Source: Peribolospora baueri
Lineage: Eukaryota
Length of the DNA stretch: 39,144 nt
NCBI GenBank assembly: GCA_029717555.1
Contig: JAMDHS010000030.1
Location: 186,001 to 225,144, forward strand
Direction of reading: 5' to 3'
The notes under the pieces are model-generated. The model saw only the letters and a program-made list of their open reading frames with translations, was not told the origin of the DNA and ran no database searches. Each line of letters starts with the position of its first letter. Positions within the stretch are counted from its first letter, which is position 1. The translations under genes and the position numbers were made by a program. Below are positions 12,506 to 23,318 of this stretch, in pieces.

Positions 12506-12720
12506 TCTGCCGTTTGTGCCGGGCCCAGTGCGAAATCACGACACCGCGCGACGGTAGCGAGCAGAAGGAGGTAGCAAGGGGATCCCCAAAAGATCCACCT
12601 ATCTTTCTTGCTTACCGTACCTCGAGCTAGACGAGGGCCGGCGGACTTGAAGTCGAGCTGGGGGATGGAAGATCTGAGCACGTCCGGCTCGCATCGTCGC
12701 TCCGCTGAGATCGGCCCAAG

Positions 12721-12734
12721 ACGCGTCGACGCGT
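12721..12734. promoter_or_regulatory. Palindromic double MCB-like element (ACGCGT-CG-ACGCGT) upstream of NUD1
   Basis: Perfect 14-bp palindrome acgcgtcgacgcgt about 215 bp upstream of the NUD1 ATG. Confidence 0.4.
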
Positions 12735-12967
12735 TTGAGGTCACGCACAAACAAAACACGGCCGCTCGGAATTTAAATTTGTAATGTAATCCATTTCAAG
12801 ATTCACTGACTCGTGCAATCTTGTTCGTCCTCCCCATGCAATACATCACGCAATACATAGTTAAGACGAATCCGCCGTGTCCATCTAAGACGCCCTGAGG
12901 GCGCATTCTGGGCGCCGGGCTATATATAACGATATCTATGGCTTTCCTGTACCACCAAACCGTCCCT

Positions 12968-15470
12968 TCACGCCGACCCGTTCACCTCCCCGTTCGCGCG
13001 CTTCTCTTTCTTCGCCACCGCATTCTCAGCCCTGGCGTCGAGGATGACCTGTCGGAGCCGACGGAGGCCCTCCTGCATTTGCTCCTCGGTGGGGATGGAG
13101 AAGGAGACGCGCACGTACGGGTTCTTGCGTCCGTTGGGGAAGAAGGCCTGAAAATGCCGTCGAGGAGGGATGGGGAAGGGGAGAAGATGAGCGACAGGAA
13201 CACTGGAAAGGCGATGTACAACCCCTTCCGCGTCTGGAGGAGATAGGGGTGAAGAAGCTCCAGCTCACCATTCCCGGAACTGCAAGGACGAGGTTCTTCT
13301 GCGCCTTGTTGCTGATCAGGTCGAAGCTGTCTCCTTCGTCGTCCGGCGAGTCGGTGATCAGCAGCCGGAGCCAGTAGAACATGCCGGCGACGGGCGTCAC
13401 CTGCGGGGCGCGGGAGAAAGATGGAAATGAAAGGAAGCAGAAGATCAATCAGCCATGCATGGCGGCGTGGACGAGGAGAGCGATCTTATAACGGAATAGA
13501 GAACGAGCGAAAAGGAAGGAAAGGGCGCCGACGGGGACGTACCCATTCGGCTAGCCCGGTCAAGTGCTGCTCGAGTGCTTTCTCAAACACGTCTCGCTTG
13601 GCCTTGTAGAAACTGGCAACACCGTCCACGTGCTTGAGGAAACCGTCGATGCCATAATGCTCGAGGAGGGCGAGCGTAATGGCTTGCGATGGGCCTGACG
13701 GCTGGAGAGTGGACTGCGTGGGTGAACGGAAAGTGGGAGAAAGAAAAAAAATCAAAGAATATTTATTAAGATATTAAGCAACAAGTCAGAAAGTGAAAAT
13801 GGTCAGACAAGTCGAACGGGGCCGACGCAAGTGACGGGATGTGGACTCACGCTCTGCGTGTGGCGATCGATAGCTTCCAACAGCTGCACCGGGCCGGTCA
13901 CGAAACCGATTCTGAGACCGGCGCTGAGGACCTTGCTCAACGAGTCGAACCTCAGCACTCGACCACACCCCCACCGTTCCATGCCCTCTAGCTCCAGGGT
14001 GAAGTAGCTCTTGTTCCTCCCGGAGGCGGTCTCGACGAAGGAGAGGTAAGCGTACGGGTCGTCCTCGAGAATAAGGAGGTTGTACTTCCTCGCGATGGCG
14101 AGAACTTCTCTCTTGCGCTCCTCCGAAGCCGTCGTCCCAGCCGGGTTGGAGCCGTTGGGGATGGTATAAAGAATCTTGGGGAAGCGGCGGTGAGCGGTGG
14201 AAGACCCGGGGGCTGTCCAGTTGGCGAGCATGGAGCGTAAGGCTGGGGGGGAGAGACCTTGGCCGTCGTTTTCCACTTCGAACAGCGTACAGCCCTGCAT
14301 TTGAAGGGGCGGTATGACACCGCTGGATGCGATCGAACGCGCGTGAGGAGGTACTGTCAGAAAACGCAAATTTCCAATCGGCGGCCGGAGTCTGAGATTG
14401 CCAATACCTGAAGACTCACGCGTACACGGGAGACTCGATCAAGACCGAGTCTTCGGGATCGATAAGGACGTCGAAGGCCTGGATGCGGAGAGAAATGGGT
14501 CAGCGTCGATCTCGAAGACGCGCTGGGCAGTTCCCCACTCGATCCGGTCCGGTCCGGCTTGACGTTCTCTCCTCCAGCTTTCAACCAGGCGCTTCTCGGC
14601 TCACCTTGTTCAACAAATCCTGGCTTCCCATCCCGACTGAAATCCTCCAGTTGCTCTGCGCACCCGGCGTCTTGGGCCCCTCACGAGTGCGGCCGTGGAC
14701 ACGCTCCTGGAACTTTTCCAGCCACTCGACCAATCTCGGCGCTCCAGCGGTGGCGCCGTACTGGAGGGCGTTTTCGAGGTCCTCTCCGGATATGGTCAAG
14801 GTCTGGGAGGGCGGGTTGGAAGAGGTGGCAGGGTCCGTGGTGGAGCCGGGGACGGCGACGCTGAGCGAGAGAGAAGTGATCGGGAATGTGGTCGGATTGG
14901 GCAGGCCGGCCAGAAAGGCTGAAAAGGGCGAGGTGACAAGGCGATACGAGGCGGTACGGTGAGAATCGCGTGCGGCGAACGGGCCGAGAGACGGACATGC
15001 GTGCGAGAATATGGGCATATGGGGCAAGCCGAGAGCGATAGGATAGAATCCCTTCGAGAGTGCGGTTCTTACTCACAGATCTGATGAAGGAGCCACAAAG
15101 ACGGGGGAGACAAGCAGAGCCGGGGCTTGAGTGAGGGACCGCGCCAGCACAGCGAGCGCACGCCACCAGACGAGGGCACGATTCGGGGGATGCCTTTCGG
15201 AGGGCCCTTCACTCACCATGCCAGGAAGCTTGGCGACAGGAAAGAGGGAGCGGACTGTGGTCGAGAGCAAGCCAAAGGTGAAATTGCGAGGCAAGGAAGG
15301 CAGGGTCAGAAAGAGTCCCGGTCGTTCGTCGCTGGCCGGCCACCAAGTCCGGAAGGGACTGGACAAAGGTGGAATAAGGACGCACTGGCGGAAGGCTGCC
15401 TCTTCCTGCTGGAGTCGCTGAGGTAGTAGCCATAATCGACGGTGGCATTCGGTTGAGAACCCATGGTCAT
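12968..15470 (-). CDS. ARO8: PLP-dependent class I aminotransferase, Aro8/2-aminoadipate/kynurenine aminotransferase type; exons 15470-15386, 15254-15217, 15080-15077 (4 nt), 14918-14605, 14478-14420, 14322-13851, 13713-13543, 13400-13269, 13147-12968
   Basis: Spliced motifs RQPSAIRSLF..PGMISFLAGLPNP, ALQYGATAG, GSQDLL, LYTIPNGSNPAG, ILEDDPY, RFDSLSKVLSAGLRIG (PLP lysine), PVAGMFYW, YVRVSFS. Exact orthology (Aro8 vs Aro9/KAT2-like) cannot be resolved from the sequence alone. Confidence 0.9.
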
Positions 15471-16083
15471 GGCGGAGTAAGGCGAAGCGGGGAGCACTGA
15501 GAGAGCGGAGCAAGATGGTGGTGGGAGAAAGAGCAGGAAGGATATGAAGCGCGAAGATGAGCGGCGAGGGCGAGAGCGATGGGGCAGCGGTCAGGCAGGC
15601 CGAGTCAGTCAGTCAGTTGCTGGGGCGTGCGGGGCCAAGCAAGTCTGATGCGCTCCGTCGTCGGTGATCGCAGACCGGATCTGTTTTTTTCTTTTGCCCA
15701 GCCGGGAAGAAGAAGAAGACGGACAAGGCGGATCGGCGTCTGCCTCCGCCAAGAAGCACGTGGTCATCTTCGGATCTCGTCGGACGATCGACGGATGCGG
15801 CTCAGCTCGGACCAGCGAGCGCCCGTCGCCACTCCCATAACCGTCATGATCAGCCCTTAACCGCCGCCAGTCCTCGAGGAGCAGAGCACGGCAATATAAT
15901 TCATTACAGATACACTATTTTCACCTCACGCTCACACAGCAAGGAAGGCTACATGGAATTGTGACACGTTTCGGGACGGTAGAATGACAAGAGGTAAGAG
16001 GGCCGGAGAGAGTAGAGTAGTCGTACATCCATATCCCCAGACAAGACACGTGCCCATGTTTTCGAGCTCACTCAAGCGAGCTG

Positions 16084-19000
16084 CTACGCTCCAGTCTTCC
16101 GCGGCCCGGCGAGACCTGAGAGGACGAGGGGCGGAAAGAGGACGAGAACCAGTTCGTCGATGTCATCAGCGGCCAGAACGAGCGAAGGATGGAGACAAGA
16201 GAGACGAGGGGCGGTAAAGAGAGCGTGCAGTCTGCGACAACTCACCCGTTCGTCCACCCATCATCTCTACCAAGTGGACGATGCCTGCCCACCATGCGTT
16301 CTTGGCTCTGTCGCAGGGGATGGATGGCCAAAAGAGGTCCGGAACGATCGGAGGAGTCAGTATGAGTCACGTCGAAAAGCGAGGCGAAACTGGCCGGGCG
16401 CTTTGATTCACCTCCTATTCTTCACGTCCGCCGCGTCGGCCACCTTCGCCACAGAAGTGAACTCGATGCTAGAGCCCTGGATCGTGATCACCGCTGCCGT
16501 TTCCGGAGAGCTGGACGAGTGTCCATCGGTAGACGGCCCTCCAGCGCCCTCCGTCTGGGCTGACGGCCGAGAGTGAACGTGCTCCTCCAGGAAAGTAATG
16601 CACTTGACGGCAAGGCGTGTGGCTCGGGTACGGTCCAAGGGCGACGGCGTGCCTCCTTGGAGCGTGTGGCCCAAGGAAGCCGAGCGCGAGTCGAAGAGGG
16701 CATTGCCTTCGGCACCGAGGATCTTGGTGATCACGTCTGTGGTATACACGTCGGACGCCATTTCGTTCCTGACGCGAACGACGCAAAAGAAAGAAGCGGC
16801 GCGGGATCAGGAGGGATGGCAAAGAAAAAGCAGGAAGGAGGATGGACTCACCGAATGACCAATCGCCCCTCGCTCCTGCCCTTCACGTCCAGTTCGTACC
16901 GGCGCTTGAGGAACTCGACGTCTGTGCGCAGCATGTCGAGGCTGATGCCGACCTCCGGAGTGTACACGACCACCGCTCCTACCTGGGAAGCGCGAAGCGC
17001 GATATATAAAGGCAAGCGAGTCAGTCAACGGCGCCACGACCAACCGAACCGACTTTCTTTCTCCCATCATCCACCCCACCCATCTTTTGCCGCACTCACC
17101 GCCAACGCGCCCATGACCGCGATATATCCGCATTTCCCGCCCTGCGTCTCCACGACAAACACGCGGTTGCGACTCGCGCTGGCGGACTGCTTGATCGCGT
17201 CGCAGGCGTCAACGAGCACGTTCAGCGATGTGTCCGATCCGAGCGAGAACTCTGTGATGGGCACGTTATTCGATATGGTGGCTGGGAGAGCCACCATAGG
17301 AATCTGGAGACCGGGGGGGTTGAAGAAAACGCACGACGAAAGCCTCATCAAGACCCGTCATCGCTTCGATCTCGCTCGAACGCCGTCCCATAGGACTCAC
17401 TCGGAACGCAGGATATGTGGAGCGAGCCTTCTCCAAGATAGACAAACTCGAGAAAGCCTCGAAGCCGCCGATGAGCATCAGCCCGTCGAGCCTATGTGCT
17501 TGGAACCTGCTTGCGACGGCGCCCAGGTCGACGACGTCCGGCAGGACACGGTTCGTGCCTAGATCCGAGCCTCCGCGGACGGTCCAGCCGTCGACGCGGA
17601 GCCAGGACAGCTCGCTCACGTTGTCCTCGATTAAACCCGTGAAACCGTTATAAATGCCAAGCGGCGTGTGCCCCTTGCCGAGACAGTATCGTACCGCGGT
17701 GCGCGTCGCCGCGTTCATCCCGCCGGCGGGAGCGCCAACGTGAATGATACCGACGCGCATCTGGCGCGGGCGCGCCTCCGGCAAGGCTGCTGGAGGGGAC
17801 TCGATCTTGGCCGTTTTCCAGAAAGCCTCGAGCGATTCTTCAAACTCCGGATCACGCAGACTGAGGGCCAGGTCAAAGTCCTTAGACGCGATGGCCTTTG
17901 CCACCCGCTGGGTCTGAAAAAGACGGTAGAAATTTCTGTCTGAGCGCACGCTCCTTTGCGACCGGTGGGGACGTTGGACGACGCCGGTCTCACCATCTCG
18001 ACAGCCTCCACGAGTGGCTTCCTGGTGATCTTGTTCTCGCTGATGCCGATCATATAGCTCGGCTTGTCGGGCGTGGCGCTCAACACTGCCTCTACCGCCT
18101 CCACGCCCTGCAGAGTGGCGAGCACGCGGTCATACGCACAAGGCTTGCCACCACGCTGAGTGTGGCCGAGGGTGGTGACCCGCGCATCGAGACAGAGCCG
18201 GTCGGATAGGACGTCCTTGATCTCAAATGGCCTGATCGGCTTCAGGTTCCTGTCGATGGCTCCTTCAGCAACGATGACGATCGTTTTGCGCTTGCCGACT
18301 TCTCTATGCTGGACACGTACGGGTAGACGTTTGAAGAGCCTGAGGGTTCACGTCTAGCACACCGAAAAACCATTCGGACGGACGCGGAGCTCACTTTTTG
18401 CAGCACATCACACATCTCCGTCGCCCAATCATCCAAAACGGGCGGGCGTTCGGGAACGAAGATGAAATCGGCGCCGGAGCTTTGTAAAGGAGAAAGCGCG
18501 GACACAAGTGGGCCTCAGTGAGGGACGTGCCAGGAGAAAGGCTATAGGCGACCACCACGTGCTACTCACGCGATGCCGGCCATCAAAGCCAACCACCCGC
18601 AATGCCTGCCCATAACTTCGACGACAAAGGCGCGGCTGTGTGAGGCGGCGGTGGAGGAGATGCTGTCGACGGCTTCGCAAATGCGGTGGAGCGCTGTACT
18701 GGCGCCAATCGTCTGGTCCGTCGTTGCCATGTCGTTGTCGATCGAGCCGACAAGGCCGACAATGTTCAGGTGGGCGTACGTCTTCGCTTGCTGTTCCGTG
18801 ATGCGCACTAACCTCCGTGACGATTTGAGAAGAAAGAGACCGAAAGGATGTACACGGGGTGTGAGAACGAAAAGAAAAAGCGCCCCGCTCCCGCCAGCTC
18901 GCTCACCATCCGCCAACAGCCGCTTCACGAGGTCAGGCCACTCGTATCTGAGCTTGTCAGCACCTGTCAGGCTGCCGTCACCACCGCAGACAACGAGAGC

Positions 19001-19961
19001 ATCGATGCCGTGCTGTATGAGGTTGAAAGCGGCTTGCAAACGTCCTTCCGGGGTCCGGAACGCTTGTGACCGAGCCGTGCCAATGAGCGTGCCTCCCTGT
19101 GCGGCGTGAGATAAAGCGAATGGAAGGCGCGGATGTCGCCGCGCTAAGTGGGCCGTCGAGCATCAAGAGCAGCTGAGAACGTGGCGGTGGTGCTCTGCTC
19201 CTCACCTGATCCATCCATCCCCGCACGTCGTCCCAGCCAACTTGAACGATATACCTTCCCTTCAGACCGAGCTCTTCTGACTCGCTGGCTCCTTCCCTCA
19301 GAAGCTCGCCCTCTCCGTACGTGGGCACAAACTTGCTCTCCCTGTTCGTCCACGACGCGCACTGGATGGGATGTGTGGTCAAAGAGGATCGTGAAGCGAG
19401 AGAAGTGCTAATCTGACTGGATTGGGCCTCCGAGGTGGGAGGATGCGCCTCGAGTGCGGATGCGGTGCTGATCGGCTGAATCATCGCAGCCGGGTTTACA
19501 GAAACGGGGGCGAAACCGGCTCGCTTGAACGACTTGTTGGGATCCTTCGGCCTGTTCTTCTTTTCCGGCGTGGCAGACACGGCTACAGCGTCGTTCACAT
19601 CGAGTGTTCCCGGCGGCGTCGTCGCATCTGGCCGTTCCCGGCAGTTGCCGCGAACGAGTCCTTCCCAGCCTTCACGAACGACAAAAGCCTCGCAGCCTCT
19701 TTGAAAGCGAGCGACGAGGTCAGAGCAGGCTAGGTCAGACAGGCGGGCACCGAGAGCGGTCAACGGAACCGTCGAAACCGTCGAAACCGTCGAAACCTGA
19801 ATCCGCTCTCACCTTGAAATGGCCGTCCTGACGACGGCCCTCACGGCAGCGTTCATGCCAGTGCTGTCGCCGCCGCTGGTGAGTACAGCTAGTCGACGGG
19901 GCGTACCATCCGGGCGCAAGCCGGTGGGCCCGTCGTCGGCTTTAGAAGCGGAGCTGTTCAT
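16084..19961 (-). CDS. PFK1: ATP-dependent 6-phosphofructokinase, eukaryotic two-domain type; 12 exons
   Basis: [121 protein letters not shown] motif near the C-terminus. All introns are GT-AG; stop TAG at 16086-16084. Confidence 0.97.
19767..19797. repeat. (GTCGAAACC)x3 tandem 9-mer in PFK intron 1
   Basis: aacc gtcgaaacc gtcgaaacc gtcgaaacc is visible directly. Confidence 0.9.
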
Positions 19962-20791
19962 CTTCGGAGCGTCGAGAGAGGTGGTGAGACAAGGGAGGGC
20001 AGTGAGAAACGGTGGGAGGAGGCGGGATGCGCGCTGAGATGGAGAGGACGTCTACCAGGCAGTCGGACGAGCAGAGCATGCGGTCGCCCTGCTGAGCACC
20101 GTTCGACGTGATGGAGGAAAGGATAGGAGTGGACGGCGTGAAAGGTGTGGACGTCAAGAGGCTCAGCTCGACTCAGTTCAGACGATGCGTGGACGACGAG
20201 AAGACAGCGTCGGACCGGAGCAAGGACGACGAGAAGAACAGGAATTCCGGAGCAAAGAAAGATATACGTCACACTTTACCGGAGTACCGGATATACGCGT
20301 ACGGGTCGGGTCACACGCGCAGGCAAAATGAACGACCGACGTCGACTCTTGCTAAACTGCTTTCCTAGTCCCACTCGGCCATTTATTCCCGCCTCTCCCA
20401 GTATGAGCCGTCCCTGGCCACCTCTTCGGCCCTACTTACCACGTGTTCTGTGAGCGGCAGCGACGGCAGAGCAGAGCAGAGAAGAGCAGAGACCTTAGAA
20501 GAAGGGCTCGGACGTCCCGTCTGTCGATGCGCATATGGAGCTAGGACTAGAGCGGGTCACGACCGAACCGACAAAACTGGCCACGGGAGGCATGACGTAC
20601 GTTGGTCGAGAGTACACGATCTGCAAACATTGGATGGAACGGACACTTGAACGGACGGACGGATAAATGGACGCTCGCGAGACAAGTGCAGTGCGTAGAG
20701 GGAGGAGAGGGGTATACTGTGGAATGGGGGAAAGGCGCGGGGGGAACAAAGAAAGAAAAAGTACGACGCCATAGCCGCTCGCACGGCCGCC

Positions 20792-23318
20792 TCAATCCCA
20801 CGAAACGGCGGCCTGCCTCCTGACCCTAAAGTAGCCAGGGCCGATCGGCCCGGCCGCACCGTCCACCCTGCCGACCGAGAGCCTGTCCCTCTCCGTCTCG
20901 GTGGGGAAGAGGCGCAGCGGCTCGTCCTGCCACTCCCTCGCCCTCCGGTGCACCTTCCTTCTCCATTGCGACATCTTTCCCCAGCCCTTGCCCTTGCCCA
21001 TCCCTTTCCTCTCCCCGCCGGCGCTTCCGAGTTCGGCTTCCTCGGAGCCCTTCTCGGTCTCCTTGGCCAAGATCGGACTCATGTCCATCCCAACCGAGCT
21101 GGCGCGCGACGTCGCCGTAGACACACGCATTCGGTCAAACACGGCCGACCAGGGCCGTGGGCCTGTGTCGTCGACATAGTCCGTACCTCTTCCCTCTCCG
21201 TCCATCGGCAGCGGCGGTGGCGGTCGGGAGCTGGAGATGTCGGACAACACCTCCTCCTCTGACTCTGCACCCGTCCCTTGATAGTCATCATAGGAACTGG
21301 CTGCTGTCTTCCGTGCCTCGCAGGCCACGGTCGTCGTCGCGAGTGTGATAGTACGCGGCGTGGACTAGCGTCAGCGGGTCGGCGAGGCGGGCGCGGGCGA
21401 GGGCGATTGTAGGGCTGGTGAAGCCAGGCGATGGCGCGGACGGTGAGAAAGACGATGACGACGCTGAGAAAGGAACGAGGGGAAAGGGCGGGCGCAAAGA
21501 GAAGGGCTCCTCGTCAGTTTAGGAGCAGCAGGCGGATGATGTGTGTTCGACAAGGCAAGTTTGGCGCTCACCAGTACAAGAAGTTGGTGGCAAGGAGCAA
21601 GGCCAAAGGCAACGTTTTTACCCTCGCCCCGAGCATCTGCGTCATCGTGCCCAGCAGCTGCTTCGTAGGCGCGGGCACGTACATCTTTGCGCCCATGCCG
21701 ACGAGGGAGCGAGCGAGTTCGGTGGCGAACGCAGACGCGTACTCCTGCGCCTGCTCCGCTTCCGGTCTGGTGTCTGTTTGATTCGACGCGATGCCACGCG
21801 CTGACCGATGAGGCTCGTCGACGCGCCGGGCGTTCCGGAAGCCGAGTCGAGTAGGTCGGCCACAAAGCCCGTCACTCACGCGTCTGCTAGCATGGACTGC
21901 TTGATTGTGTAGCCCACCTGACCATCTGTGGCGTACGAGTCGTCACGTTGTTCACGCCCAGGTCGCAGCGGAGGACATTCCCCGCGCCGGAGCTGAGCTC
22001 GAACCAGAACCCACCGCAGGACGGTCCGGTGTCCAGGAGGGCCGTGGGCCACGACAGGCCGTTGACGATGGTGCCGATGCAGAAAGGGTTGGAAACGGAG
22101 AAGACCTGCGTCAGGCTGTGGTTCTCCGGCGCTAAGGCGCCGACCAGGGCCCCGCTCCGCACGTTGCCCCACTGGAAGCTGGTCAGGTTGAATCCCTGCG
22201 CGGAGGTGCCCCAATGGTGTCGGCCGTGTATGTAAAGTTGGCCGTCGCTTCCACGGGGGGCACGATAAGGGCGGTCTGGCCGACGGTGATAACGTTGTGC
22301 AACGAGGACTGGTTGTTTAGCGCGCGCAGGCCTTCGGGAATGGCGGCTGCGAAGACGTTGGCGGTGACGTTGGAGGCAGAGCTGCGCAAGCAGGTGCCCT
22401 GAACAGGAGCCGAAACGCAAGCGCTCGCATCGATCACGCGGCCGAACGAGGTCGGGCTGGTGACAGCGTCCGCGCTGGAAGCGATCCATACGGCGGCTTC
22501 GGAGGCGCCGTGGAACCAGGTATCGAAGGCGGTGGAGAGATAGCAGAGGGAAAGGAGGACAGAGAGAACGAAGAGGGCCTCGATCCAGATGGTGGGGAGA
22601 GAAAGTAGGCCGAGGCAATATTGGCGCCGTTGATCATGCGCAACAAGAAGCCGAGCCTGTGTGGGAGAAAAAAATGTGGGTGAGATGATGGGTGCAATCG
22701 GGAGATGGCGCGGCGGAAAGGTTGCGGTGGGACTCACTGCAAAGGCGTCGGTCGGCCTGTCCGTTCCGCCCTTGTCACTATTCCTGAGCCAGATCCCGGC
22801 GAGCCGCCAGGCGTCGATGCCCATGGCAAGGGCACAGTGAGCTGGATGGCGTGGGAGGAGAGCTGGCTGATCAACAGCATCGTGGTGATGCTCCCCTTGG
22901 AAAGGATAGAGCTTATGCCGTGGCCGGACGACGTGGCTCCGAGCCCGCCACCGAGGCCGGTGTCGGCGCCGCCGGCGAAGACCCAGGGATTCAGAACGAA
23001 ACAGAAGAGGGAGAGGCCGATGGTGGGCACTGCGGAGACGACGAACACGGAGGAAGAGTAGAGGAGAATGCTTCGGAGTGCGGTGCTGTTGTGCCGGGCG
23101 ACCCGGAAGTCGAGGTCGTCCTTGCCTTGGATTTGCGACATGCGCTCCAAAGGGGGAGGGGGGCGAGCGTCGAAGTAGGTGTCGTACGGAGCGGCAGAGG
23201 TAGGCTGGCTCGTTGGTGTAGGTCGTGAGTGGTTGCGCTCGACGTCTACGTCGACGCTGCTGGGCTTCGACGCGGGCGAAGAGGCGAGTGCGACGGTCTG
23301 ATAGGCTTGCCAGGACAT
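20792..23318 (-). pseudogene. Decayed multi-pass membrane protein gene of an uncharacterised fungal family, with about 7-9 frame-disrupting lesions
   Basis: Protein-like segments alternate between the three minus-strand frames: QLTVPL / AMGIDAWRLAGIWLRNSDKGGTD / RPTPLQ|LGFLLRMINGANIASAY / LPTIWIEALFV..DTWFH..FTYTADTIG / TSAQ..NPF..NVLRCDLGVNNVT / SYATDG..LADA* / EYASAFATELAR..LPLALLL..LY|CVVIVFLTVRA / LARARLADPLTLVH / ..ETERDRLSVG. Two intact GT-AG introns remain (22737-22657 and ~21571-21464). Confidence 0.7.

Noticed and set aside
16573..17562. 329-aa plus-strand ORF
   Set aside because: Antisense shadow of PFK exons and introns.
21768..21878. GTGAGT..CAG intron that would remove the in-frame TGA in the decayed gene
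   Set aside because: The frame is restored only by skipping nearer AGs, there is no good branch point or pyrimidine tract, and the enclosed sequence (TGFVADLLDS..SLIGQRVAS) looks coding. Not excluded, but it would not rescue the other lesions.
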